Positions 37,275 to 49,554 of a stretch of 64,000 nt of DNA are shown in pieces. The stretch lies in contig NW_019217883.1 in the NCBI RefSeq assembly GCF_002571385.2, positions 506,528 to 570,527 on the forward strand. Direction: 5' to 3'. A program made the translations under genes and the position numbers. Within the stretch, counting starts at the first letter, position 1. Each line of letters begins with the position of its first letter. The notes beneath the pieces were generated by a model. It did no database searches. It saw nothing but the letters and a program-made list of their open reading frames with translations, and was not told the origin of the DNA. Source of the DNA: Stylophora pistillata (Eukaryota).

Positions 37275-39098
37275 ATGGCGTTGAAAATCCATGCTCCGCG
37301 CAGAATGCTGTTTATGGTGTTCTTGGCGATGCTATTTTACGCGGATCAAGCCGTGGACCCAGGTGTTGTTATCAAAACTAAGCTAGGCTCCCTTCAGGGG
37401 CTAACTCAGGTAATTCCTAACGCCCACGGGTCTGCAACAGCCATCCATAAATTTTTGGGAATTCCCTACGCTGCACCGCCAATTGATAAGCTACGGTTTG
37501 CGCCACCTCAACCGCACCCGGGATGGAAAGGCGTCCGCCAAGCGACACAATTTAGAAGCATCTGTATGCAGATGATACAACATTACAATGTTTCTATCCG
37601 ACAGGCTTGGGAAGGATTCGCGGAGGCTGAAGAAAACATTAGCGAGGATTGCCTGTATCTTAATATCTACACACCCCAAAATGCTTCTAGATTTCATCAG
37701 CGTTATCCAGTGCTCGCCTACATTCACGGCGGAGGGTTTTTTGCTGGGACACCCGTGCGAGTCGTGTCACCTGGGGAATATTTACCTACTCGTGGCATTA
37801 TTCTTGTCAGTATTCAATATCGCCTGGGCCCTTTTGGTTTTTTCACAACTGGCGATTCCATTGCACCAGGAAATTATGGAATGTTGGATCAAGTTGAAGC
37901 ACTGAGATGGATCCAGGGGAACATTGAAGCCTTTGGTGGCGATCCTTCTAAAGTGACGCTTCTTGGCGAGAGTGCAGGAGGTGCTAGTGTTAATCTACAC
38001 CTTCTTTCGACTCTGTCAAAGGGTCTTTTTCATCGAGTTATAAGCGAGAGCGGAAGCGATCTATCTCCATTTGCCTTTCACGCAGAATCAGATGTTACTC
38101 AGTCTTCGATGAGGCTTGCTAAGGAATTAGGCTGTATTAAGAACAAGAACCAAATGTTAGCGTGTCTCCGCTCGAAATCAGCGCAAGATATCTTGAAAAA
38201 GGCGCACAAGTTTTTGTTTTATTATCCTGTAGTTGACAAACACTTCCTGGAAGATTCTCCAATAAACCTCAGGAGGGCTGGAAAATTTCAAAAAGTACCA
38301 ACCATTGCTGGGTTCGTGAGCGATGAAGGTTCATTCTTACTGGACAAGTCTTTATCAAAATACGATAAAAAGATTTTCAGAGAAAGCATTGAAGCCCAAA
38401 TAATTGTTGGATTGGGGCCTTCTCAAGACCATAAACCACTTATAGTTGACGCTGTCGAATTTCAGTACACTCACTGGCCAGGACAAAACAATTCAAGTAA
38501 GATACGCCAAAGTATTATCGATGCACTGACTGACTACTTCGTTGTGGCACCGACATATGCAAGCCTTCTCTTCCAAAGCCAGGAATCTCATACATGGCTC
38601 TATGAGTTTCGGCATCGCTCTGATCACAGCCTCAAAGAAGGCTGGGAAGGAGTAGCTCATGGTGACATCACAGCTTATGTGTTTGGAGTTCCGCTGATGA
38701 ATGGATCCTCGCCACACCCTTACACTGAGGTCGACAGAAACATCAGTGATTTCATGGTAACAGTCTACACAAATTTTGTCAAGTTTGGCAATACGACACC
38801 GCAACCCGTTCATGGGATCAAATGGAATAATTTTCTGCCAAATGACCAAAAGTATCTCCGCATCGAAGCCAACTGTGAGATGTCAAAAGATTTCAAGCCT
38901 CTAAAAGTTGCATTTTGGAATGATTACCTGCCCTTACTCTCAAACTCTTTGAAAGAGAAACTCAGTAAATGCTCAGGCTCGGATGTGAATGCAACGAGAA
39001 GTCACAGCTGCTATTTACACAAAGTTTCCCGCTGGAAGTTAAGTCTCACACTGTTTTGGATAAATATCAGTGTTTTAGTTTCAGTAAACTTCTTCTAA
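37275..39098 (+). CDS. Intronless type-B carboxylesterase / cholinesterase-like protein, 607 aa from the first ATG
   Basis: GIPYAAPP, SEDCLYLNIY, YIHGGGF, GESAG, VSDEG and GVAHGD (full triad). Signal peptide and hydrophobic tail. Confidence 0.94.
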   Translation: MALKIHAPRRMLFMVFLAMLFYADQAVDPGVVIKTKLGSLQGLTQVIPNAHGSATAIHKFLGIPYAAPPIDKLRFAPPQPHPGWKGVRQATQFRSICMQMIQHYNVSIRQAWEGFAEAEENISEDCLYLNIYTPQNASRFHQRYPVLAYIHGGGFFAGTPVRVVSPGEYLPTRGIILVSIQYRLGPFGFFTTGDSIAPGNYGMLDQVEALRWIQGNIEAFGGDPSKVTLLGESAGGASVNLHLLSTLSKGLFHRVISESGSDLSPFAFHAESDVTQSSMRLAKELGCIKNKNQMLACLRSKSAQDILKKAHKFLFYYPVVDKHFLEDSPINLRRAGKFQKVPTIAGFVSDEGSFLLDKSLSKYDKKIFRESIEAQIIVGLGPSQDHKPLIVDAVEFQYTHWPGQNNSSKIRQSIIDALTDYFVVAPTYASLLFQSQESHTWLYEFRHRSDHSLKEGWEGVAHGDITAYVFGVPLMNGSSPHPYTEVDRNISDFMVTVYTNFVKFGNTTPQPVHGIKWNNFLPNDQKYLRIEANCEMSKDFKPLKVAFWNDYLPLLSNSLKEKLSKCSGSDVNATRSHSCYLHKVSRWKLSLTLFWINISVLVSVNFF

Positions 39099-41347
39099 AA
39101 TCGACAGTTAGCTCAACGCTAACCAAATGGATTTTCTCTAGCATCCAAAAACTGAAAAGTAGAGAAATTGGAGGCTAAAATGTGTTCTTTTGCTGCCTTA
39201 GGTGAAATCGTCGGCGGACGTGATTCAAGTCACAACCCACAATTAAGAATTTCTGCAGCCGCTTAAGCCAATTTCTCAATTTTTTTTCATCACGTAAATT
39301 AATAATCAGCATGTAACAATTTTCGCGGTTTTCATCGAATTTTTTGTTTTAAATAGGGTAATTTGTTGGGTAGGAATTTCTTTGCAATGTAAATTTTTGG
39401 CGTAGGATACAGCTCAGTATAAAGACCAAAAACGAGAGCATTTCTTTGCAGCGGTTAAAGGGAAGTTCTCCGGCCGGGGCATGCAGGAATAATTGAGAGT
39501 TCCATTACCGACATCACGCTTGAAAACAAATATCCCGGTTACTTAATGGAAATTTATTAAGCACCTGTCCCGGTAAAGCAAAACACTCTGAGGTAAAAAG
39601 ACACGAATATGCGTCAAAAAGATGATGAAAATTGCCGTGTCACTGAGCAAAACTTCGTGAGTGAAAAGGCTTAAGTCATAAAAATCGATGAGGTACATGC
39701 AGGAAAAGAATGTCTTGATAAGTAAATGTTTCAATACTTTAACATAGAATGCAGACAGATCGTAAGAGCAAAATATATAACGAATCCAATTCATTGCCAT
39801 CCAGTTAAACTCCGTGATCAAAAAAGGATGGTATCATATCTCACTTTTGTACTACACCTGATTTTTTAGAGTTTGTAAACGATCATTTGCAAGCGTAATT
39901 GCAGAGGTTTTTGTGTAGGAAATGAAATTATTTGGCGTTAGAGAAAAGAAACGAAAACTGAAATATAAGGCTAGTAGCTTTTTAGCGAGGGATACAAGTT
40001 CTCAAATAACTGAAGGTTAAATGCATTGAAGAAGAAAGTTTTGATAAGTTTAGAAGGGGAAAGTAGTGATCTATTATTGAATTTATTCTAGTCCTTAGTC
40101 CAGTAGTCCAGACCAAGTTTATTTTACAGAAGAAACAGGCTTTTCAAAAGTTAACATAACAGAAATAAAGTGCTGTACTTTTCCTTCCAGATTATTCTGC
40201 AAAGAGCCTTTCATTTAGCGTAAACTACTAAATGCGAAACATATAGAGATACTTCATAAGTATTTAAACGAGATCTTGTTTGTAAGGTCTTCTTTTACAT
40301 TCAGTAATTTCTTAAACGTCCATTCATTTTCGTTGTTTTTGCACAACGTATAAGCAAACGTGAAGTGTAAATATTTGCAAACAATGTTCGCTGGTTACAC
40401 TTGAAAATATCAATTATACAAAACACTCTGGGAAGATATTTTGTCCAAGTTGTTTTACCGATAAACGTAATATTTCATTTGCAATGCCAAACTATTTGGA
40501 ACTACATACCCCGGTACAGACTTATTCGTGCAAGAGGTTAATTTGGCTTGAAACCAAAAAATGAAATGAAAATTTCATTTTCATTTCGTAACTATTTGTT
40601 ACTATATATATGGCCTGAGAACAAACTCTCTTATTCTAGGGAGAAAAAAAGCAAGCCGAAAGTTAATATATTTAATAACATTTTTTAGTTTATTAATTAT
40701 TAATTTTTTTTACTCCTTTTAGTTTTTTTTTTTTTTCGTCGATCCGGTGCACTTGGGCAGCATGCTGCGTCCGTCTCTCAACTCAGTGAAAACTGGGAAC
40801 GAAGGCTCGCTCGCAGCCTGTATCACAAAAATAACATGAGTGAGAAGCTTCTGTTGCCAACATTTACATGTTGAGCTTATCGCTGGACTATTTTCAAATT
40901 TCCCTCCAGTAACCCTCGATAAATTAAAGAACAGCGTGCAGAGGGGGTCACACAAATCCATTATATAAATTACAATTTCGCCGAAAAACATTTGCTTTTT
41001 ATCCTTTTAAGGAAGCGTCAAATGTTTCAATCTAGAACGTGCATACCCTCGAGGGTAACTGCATCGTGGACGTAATATTTCATAAAAATGGCTTGACAGG
41101 GGTATTAAATTAGGTTGTACGCGTGTCTTGATCCTAGGACATCATTTTCACACTCATTGTTTCTCGTTATAATTTCTCCTTGTCCCATTTGCTGTATGCT
41201 ATTTTTTCAGTGCAAATGCCATTTTCTTTTTCAACCCTGGAACTTCACAAAAACACGCAATGAATCTCACCGTTACCTGATGTTTCAGGAATTTTTGTTG
41301 TTTTGATTTAGTAACCACTTACTCCAAATAAAATCACTCAAACTCCA

Positions 41348-44300
41348 CTAAAAACTTTCAATAAGTTTAAAGTGGAAAGCGAGAGATGGGTCCTTGTCTT
41401 GAAAGTGGACTTTGACTTTGATATTCGCGCCAAGTGAACGAAGAGTGTCCACAAACTTCTTCTGCTCCTTTCCAATCCACGGCCGCGTGGAATCCTTGAT
41501 CTGGTAAGGCGTTACGTGCACACGAACTCTTGGCACGCGATTAGCCAGATGGTAAAGAAATTTTTCATCTGTTACCCACGTGTTCGACTCGCCACTATGG
41601 CCGCCGTCCAACCAGTACATGGTACTAATGCGCGAGGCAAATTCATTGAGACGGGAGTCCACTCCTGCGGACACCATGTATAGCTCGTAAACAATTTGAT
41701 TAAGAACAACACAGCCTTTACTGAAGCCAACGAGAATCACTGGGAAATCAAGTGTGGGGTCTTCCTCTTCTTTCGGGACGTCTAGAACTGCATGAATGAA
41801 AGGAAAAAAAGTAAACTTAAGGCTTTGAAGGTTAGACTAATAATTCCAGGCAAGAGAATTTAAAGTTTATAATCTTTTGTTTCAGGAAAATGGCCCGAGT
41901 CTTCCGTTATGGCGAGATATTTGTATGGCTAAAATAGTGATAAACAACCATCGACAAGAAGATAGATATCGAGAGAACACACATGCAAACGTCCTCAAAC
42001 GTAAATAAATCGTGAGTGACCGAGTCGGGTTGGTTGACAACAGATCAGTTTTCAATTAAATGTCGAAAAAACCAAAACCAAAGTAATCCCATTAACCAAT
42101 CAGAACGAAGGTAGACAATATCATTGGCCAATCCAATAAGAATACAAGGTGAAAAAGGAACATTGCTTGAAGCGCGAGAAAACGCGAATGACCAAATCGC
42201 AATTGAATTTGCGTCTGATTGGTTGAGAGTATTGTGCGAGTTTTCTGGACCAATCACAGAGCGAAGTTAAGTAAAACCACATCAACCCCGGGTGACTTTC
42301 AATGCTAAAATGAAAATGGTTTTTTTTGTAGGTAACATTTTCGGAAAAGCGATGCGAGTTTGCCACAAAAAACTCGTAGAGACGGAAACACCAGAGAACT
42401 CCGCTCGTAAATTCAAAGAAAAACGGAGGAGAGCTGCTACGACGAGAATAGAGGAAGAATAACAAGTTGCTAATAATAACTTTTGTTAAAAACAAGCAAC
42501 TGTCAGAAGCGTGGGAAAGGACAAGTGATCAAGTTACGAGTGGAGTACGTTTTGAATCTGATTTAAACAACAAACATATGAAATACATATATATGAACTG
42601 CGGTTATGAAACGTATATGTGCACGATCCTTCGCAGTAAAGCACTATTTAAGCAATTGTGAAAATCAGACCTGAAAAAAATTCAGGCCTGTACGGGATTC
42701 GAACCACTGACCTCTGCGATACTAGTGCAGCGCTCTACCAATTGAGCTAACAAGCCAACTGGGAGCAGGCCATCAAATTAATTCGACATAAACCCGTAGA
42801 TGATAAATCAAACAACAAACATATGAAATACATATATATGAACTGCGGTTATGAAACGTATATGTGCACGATCCTTCGCAGTAAAGCACTATTTAAGCAA
42901 TAGTGAAAATCAGACCTGAAAAAAATTCAGGCCTGTACGGGATTCGAACCACTGACCTCTGCGATACTAGTGCAGCGCTCTACCAATTGAGCTAACAAGC
43001 CAACTGGGAGCAGGCCATCAAATTAATTCGACATAAACCCGTAGATGATAAATCAAACAACAAACATATGAAATACATATATATGAACTGCGGTTATGAA
43101 ACGTATATGTGCACGATCCTTCGCAGTAAAGCACTATTTAAGCAATAGTGAAAATCAGACCTGAAAAAAATTCAGGCCTGTACGGGATTCGAACCACTGA
43201 CCTCTGCGATACTAGTGCAGCGCTCTACCAATTGAGCTAACAAGCCAACTGGGAGCAGGCCATCAAATTAATTCGACATAAACCCGTAGATGATAAATCA
43301 AACAACAAACATATGAAATACATATATATGAACTGCGGTTATGAAACGTATATGTGCACGATCCTTCGCAGTAAAGCACTATTTAAGCAATAGTGAAAAT
43401 CAGACCTGAAAAAAATTCAGGCCTGTACGGGATTCGAACCACTGACCTCTGCGATACTAGTGCAGCGCTCTACCAATTGAGCTAACAAGCCAACTGGGAG
43501 CAGGCCATCAAATTAATTCGACATAAACCCGTAGATGATAAATCAAACAACAAACATATGAAATACATATATATGAACTGCGGTTATGAAACGTATATGT
43601 GCACGATCCTTCGCAGTAAAGCACTATTTAAGCAATAGTGAAAGTCTAAATCCCACAGGGATCAACGAACGCTTTTCATTCCACTTGTTTATTCTTGTTT
43701 TTCTCGTTGCCATGTTCCCACCAATAACGTAGCTCCATTCTCTGCCTTTAAAAGCACACACAACCCACAATTCCTCTCTTCGCTNATTAGCCAGATGGTA
43801 AAGAAATTTTTCATCTGTTACCCACGTGTTCGACTCGCCACTATGGCCGCCGTCCAACCAGTACATGGTACTAATGCGCGAGGCAAATTCATTGAGACGG
43901 GAGTCCACTCCTGCGGACACCATGTATAGCTCGTAAACAATTTGATTAAGAACAACACAGCCTTTACTGAAGCCAACGAGAATCACTGGGAAATCAAGTG
44001 TGGGGTCTTCCTCTTCTTTCGGGACGTCTAGAACTGCATGAATGAAAGGAAAAAAAGTAAACTTAAGGCTTTGAAGGTTAGACTAATAATTCCAGGCAAG
44101 AGAATTTAAAGTTTATAATCTTTTGTTTCAGGAAAATGGCCCGAGTCTTCCGTTATGGCGAGATATTTGTATGGCTAAAATAGTGATAAACAACCATCGA
44201 CAAGAAGATAGATATCGAGAGAACACACATGCAAACGTCCTCAAACGTAAATAAATCGTGAGTGACCGAGTCGGGTTGGTTGACAACAGATCAGTTTTCA

Positions 44301-47249
44301 ATTAAATGTCGAAAAAACCAAAACCAAAGTAATCCCATTAACCAATCAGAACGAAGGTAGACAATATCATTGGCCAATCCAATAAGAATACAAGGTGAAA
44401 AAGGAACATTGCTTGAAGCGCGAGAAAACGCGAATGACCAAATCGCAATTGAATTTGCGTCTGATTGGTTGAGAGTATTGTGCGAGTTTTCTGGACCAAT
44501 CACAGAGCGAAGTTAAGTAAAACCACATCAACCCCGGGTGACTTTCAATGCTAAAATGAAAATGGTTTTTTTTGTAGGTAACATTTTCGGAAAAGCGATG
44601 CGAGTTTGCCACAAAAAACTCGTAGAGACGGAAACACCAGAGAACTCCGCTCGTAAATTCAAAGAAAAACGGAGGAGAGCTGCTACGACGAGAATAGAGG
44701 AAGAATAACAAGTTGCTAATAATAACTTTTGTTAAAAACAAGCAACTGTCAGAAGCGTGGGAAAGGACAAGTGATCAAGTTACGAGTGGAGTACGTTTTG
44801 AATCTGATTTAAACAACAAACATATGAAATACATATATATGAACTGCGGTTATGAAACGTATATGTGCACGATCCTTCGCAGTAAAGCACTATTTAAGCA
44901 ATAGTGAAAGTCAGACCTGAAAAAAATTCAGGCCTGTACGGGACTCGAACCACTGACCTCTGTGATACTAGTGCAGCGCTCTACCAATTGAGCTAACAAG
45001 CCAACTGGGAGCAGGCCATCAAATTAATTCGACATAAACCCGTAGATGATAAATCAAACAACAAACATATGAAATACATATATATGAACTGCGGTTCGAA
45101 TCCCGTACAGGCCTGAATTTTTTTCAGGTCTGATTTTCACTATTGCTTAAATAGTGCTTTACTGCGAAGGATCGTGCACATATATGAATCTGATTTGTTA
45201 AAATTTGACGCATTTTTTTTCAAAAGTAATCACCAATGGACAGTAAGCGAAAGGAACTCAATCTATGCTTGTTCATTTGCAAGTAATCTGATCAAAAAGG
45301 ACTCTTAACACTTACGCTTTTTCACCGCAGACTCCAGCAATGCTCTTAAGTGAAACAAAGCTCCATAATCGTGATTCCTATGATCCGGAACACCAAACAT
45401 GTTGGCTTCAACAAAGTTTTGATAACACGCGAAAGTGTTCTGGTGATATCTAGAAGGACGAATGACCCATATAAAGCTATTCGGGAATCTTCTTTCTAAT
45501 ATTCTCGCCGTAGATTCGAAATTCCACTGCTTCCATTTCTTATTATCTCCGTGACTCTCCATGTTTTCTGCATAATCCTGAAAATTAATAAAATTTTTTT
45601 AAGTGAAAACGCTTCATCTACAAGCTTGTTGCGCGTATGTCAAGTTTGTCCGGATGCAAGGGGAATGCTTGAGGAGCGCAAGTTCAGTTGCCACACGTAT
45701 AATGGAAACCAACAGTTAAATAGTACCATTTGCGTTCATTTTCAAAACTGGAAACTGTTATAAATATTTCTCAACGTTTCTAGTATGGCAATTGAGCGCT
45801 CTTAGATAAGTACAAGGTTGGATTTCTGACTCTCACTTACTTTCTGAACTTCAGACAAAATCAACAGAATTGGATGCCGTCTTGGACGAAGGTAATTTAC
45901 CAATTGTACGGTAACTTTTGCAAAGAGCAACGAGAGAAAAAGCAGAAAAATAGGGGGAAAGGAAAACGACTTGGGTAAGGAATAGAAAAGAAACGAAAAC
46001 CATTGGTTCAGTAGCAAAACAGTCTAATCCATGAAAAGGGCGAGGAGACACAAGATTACAGGGTACGATTGTCTCAGCGAGTTTTTCTTTTTTTCAAATG
46101 AGATCACTTCTTCATCTAGTGGAGAGCTTTATCCTCTTATACGTCTATTTAAACAGTTCCGTTTTGAAAACAAAAGAAGTGTCTTCGGAAATTGTTCTGA
46201 AAAAATCAAAGGCGCATTCTGGGAATTCAATCCGACAGATTGTAAACTCTACACCCATTAATTAGGGGCTTTCAAATTTGTTTATTTATTCAAATTTGCG
46301 TTTAGTTCGCTTTACGGAAGTGAAGTTTTACTTTCAAATCGTGAACGCTTCTCAAACGAAATTTATCATTTCGCAGATTCGTGCGTTGAAGGTAAAGAGT
46401 CAAAAGCTCACAAGATGAGTTAAGAACATCTGGTACAATAAACTGACGTAACTCAAAGCCTTGAGGGATTACCTATCGTTCACAAAACAAATTAGGAGCT
46501 TTGAAGAAGTGAAGAGTGTGCTGATTGTTTGATGGATGTCTTGAAAACTGATTTAGCTGGTTAAAAAATATCGATCGTATTGAATGATTAATTCGTGCTC
46601 CGTTCTCAATGATGCAGTTTGATAAAATCTGCTTTATATTGAATATATCGCTTGATGAACGAATCACTTGGAAGAGAGTCCCTCGTCGTGTTTTGAAGCT
46701 GTTAAGTTCAATAGCTTGATAAACAAAGCATCCTTGTTTAGATCATCACAATTATGTTCCATTCAAACAACACGATTTTCCGCAGATGTAAAGCCGGTTT
46801 CTTTAACATTTTCGCCTCGATCTGCTTTCTGTTCAAACCAAAATATCCAACACGATGTGGAAACTGAAATGAAGTCGGATTGAGGAAGAAATTCAAAGCA
46901 GAACCGCGCGATTGAAGACACTCCAGAATCACAGTACCGTGAAAAATGCCTCTCAACAACTTAGGGCACAAACGTAAAATGGGAAAATTGGAAATGGCGT
47001 TAAGTTGCACAAGTGTACAGCACAGTTGAATAGCTTACGACCAGCGTGTCCTGATCAAGTATTTTTCGGCGCTTATGGCCGAACGCTTCCAACTACAAAA
47101 TCTGTTGACCTTACCTGAACATCGCCAGGAAAAAATACAACATGTTGTTGAGCGTCTGAGCCGCAAAACACCACGTCGTTTTTTCGTTCCTCGTAGCCGG
47201 GTACCTCTTCTAGGCAACGAACTAAAGGAGAATTCGAAGATTTTTCCAT
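41348..47249 (-). CDS. C2orf69: C2orf69 (UPF0565) homologue, exons 47249-47115, 45577-45316, 41787-41348 (278 aa)
   Basis: HVVFFPGDVQ, FPNSFIWVIRPS, LVGFSKGCVVLNQ, MYWLDGGHSGESNTWVT, VHVTPYQ and RPWIGKE motifs. Splice phases are consistent. Confidence 0.88.
42565..43643 (-). repeat. Tandem array of a 245-bp unit (4.4 copies), each containing a tRNA-like cloverleaf
   Basis: Units start at 42565, 42810, 43055, 43300 and 43545 and are nearly identical. Confidence 0.95.
42684..42756 (-). tRNA. tRNA-Thr(AGU)-like sequence, probably a pseudo-tRNA or repeat head; also at 42929-43001, 43174-43246, 43419-43491 and 44930-45002
   Basis: GGCTTGT/ACAGGCC acceptor stem, GCTC/GAGC D stem, loop CTAGTAT, TTCGAAT T loop, and a T7 run 4 nt downstream. 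The T stem has two mismatches. Confidence 0.55.
43786..44905. other. Essentially exact duplicate of 41540-42659, including part of C2orf69 exon 3; probable scaffolding overlap
   Basis: Offset 2246, begins at the single N (43785), and abuts a tandem array. Confidence 0.8.
44811..45184 (-). mobile_element. tRNA-like repeat insertion: 1.2 units plus an inverted segment, with a 12-bp TSD
   Basis: tgaatctgattt at 44799-44810 and 45185-45196. Inversion junction at ggtt 45093-45096. Confidence 0.8.
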
Positions 47250-48825
47250 AAGAATAGAAGAATTATTGAACGAAATTGCTATGATGTACGCCGAAATTCT
47301 ACATTTCACAAGTGTTTAAATTAAACAAAGCAGTTTTCAGAGCAATATTAAATGTGAAAACTATTAACATAAGAATTGAACCTTGTTTGCGTACTAATCC
47401 CTCAGTCTTTGTTATATCCCGTTAAAATAATCCCGGTGCCACACTGGCTAAAGGCTTAAATACAAAAAGTTCGAGGAAATTACTTTGCGGTGTAAAGTTA
47501 AACAATTTTCAGCTTGTTACGGATGAACAGCAAAATAACCATTTCGAAGTTAATTTGCTTAAATTCGAGTTTTTCAGCCGGAAATTGGACGGAAAATTAT
47601 CTTTAGGAAACACAGTGCTATTTAAACACAACAAATATATGAAATTCATATATCTGAACTGCTACTTATTAACCAAAATGCTGTACTGTAATTTCTATCG
47701 ATGTGACCAAATGGAATAGAGAGGACTCACCAAAGAAAAAGAAAATATAACAAAGCATAACTCATTCAGCAAATGTACGTATTGTTTCGCAGACGTTTCC
47801 TTGCTTTGTGCGGGTAAAATAATCGGTTTATCTTTACCTCATCAAAACGCGTTGCTAATGACATTCTAGGGTTAATGTTGGACCAATTTTTCCTTTCTTT
47901 TGAGTTAACTCAATCGCTTAATTTGTCAGGAACGTTCCGCAAGCACGTATCATCCTTCACTTATCAAGCGATTTCACCGCCACTTCTACAGCAATTGTTG
48001 TTTTTAAGGCGAGCTGTCGTATCCCTCCACCTTTTTCATCGTACTGAGTTTTAAGTCATTCGACAACGTTTGCATCCACGACTTAAGCTATCAAATCCTT
48101 TCTTTATGTGTAACGCAATAAATTATAGATATCTCGCTAAAAACCAAGTTTGACTCAATGTTTTAAAAATCGTAACGTTTTCGCATGTGACTGTTCTGAA
48201 ACACCGAAGTTGCCGAGTGTTTTAAAAAGTTGAACACGTTTTTGATGCATGATGCATGTTTTTGATGCGTTTTTGATTACATCATCACACCACTAACTTT
48301 GCTAAAACACAAGACTTGAACAAAGACAAGTATGATTCGTAATGCGTGGAAGTTAATCATATCGAATCACAACATACAAGAAAAAGTTTGCAGGGCAACA
48401 TTAATACCAAATTCAATATACTTTAAACCGTTTGATTCTCCAACTCGACAAAATATAAGTTCTTCGAAGTGTTTGATACAAACGTAAAAAATGCATTTGT
48501 GAGAATCTAGAGAGAGAACAGAACAGATTTATCACCAAGGTCTTCTCAGTAGAGCTGTACGAGCATGATTCATTTGTTGTAGAGTCAACAAAAGATGGTT
48601 TGTACTTAGAAAAGGAATTCTTAAAATTGAAGCGGAAGTTTTATTTCCTGAGGAAGGTATTTGTTACACAAAACATTTATAATTAAGTGACAAATGGATA
48701 GTGAATGGTTTACTTCAAACAACAACACTATACATACAAACACAAGAATCCTGATAACACATTTAGGCATAAAGCTACACCCGCTTATGGTCAAACCAAG
48801 CTTTTGAGTTCTGGGTAGTCATTGA

Positions 48826-48984
48826 GGGGTTTCATTAATTTTTTCAGCAGGAGGGCAACTGGTTTTCACAGGCGGGCAAAACTTTTTGAACTAAACTTCT
48901 TTATGAGATAAACCTTCCTCCGGGGCAAAACCGTCCTTACAACCGGTCAATTTAGCCGGGACCCGGCCCTTAATGAAACCCCTG
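48826..48984. mobile_element. Small MITE with TIR aggggtttcatta / taatgaaacccct (hAT-like)
   Basis: 13-bp terminal inverted repeats. Confidence 0.6.
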
Positions 48985-49554
48985 TAGTAATCAAGCTCCC
49001 ATTTTATCTTCTATGTTTCATTATGCTGCAAGAATAGCTGTTTTCCGAGAGTTTATTTGACTCTTACTGATACTACACACTGTAGCAAAAAACTCTGCTT
49101 TGGTCACATTCCACTACTAACTGCTATCTTGGTTATATAATTTTTACCCCCTACCCCTTCCCCCCCCCTATAAAAACAATTTAAAAAAATTCATGGATGA
49201 TGATAAACAAATATGCTGACTCAAATTTTAACTGGAAACCAAAACAAACTAACTGATACACATGAATCAAGTTTAAAACCCTTGAACTCCCAGAAGTGAT
49301 TAACATGTAACTTCTTCCTAGAATATCCATACATTATCCAGCAAGCAGGTAATGAGAATACTCAAACTTATCAGGTGGAGGTTGTTATCTTGACCTAACA
49401 CCAAATTCTGGTACCGTAACTACTTTATAGGGAAATGTGTAGTGGGCTAGAACTGAGAATTAACAATCAGATCATGAGAGTTGATTAAAGGGTTAATCTC
49501 TTTGGCGAGTATGTTGAGCAAACACCTAATTTTTAGTATGGCTTTTCAAACAAA

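Noticed and set aside
42565-43643. CRISPR-like array, functional tRNA gene cluster, or hammerhead retrozyme
   Set aside because: Units are identical with no unique spacers, the T stem is mismatched, the copies sit in TSD-flanked insertions, and no CUGANGA/GAAA core is visible on either strand.
43786-44033. True duplication of C2orf69 exon 3
   Set aside because: Identical sequence starting at a single N beside a tandem array is most simply a contig overlap artefact.
46380-47010. Coding-looking decayed sequence in C2orf69 intron 1
   Set aside because: Multiple stops and no family I can recognise; it would need a translated search.
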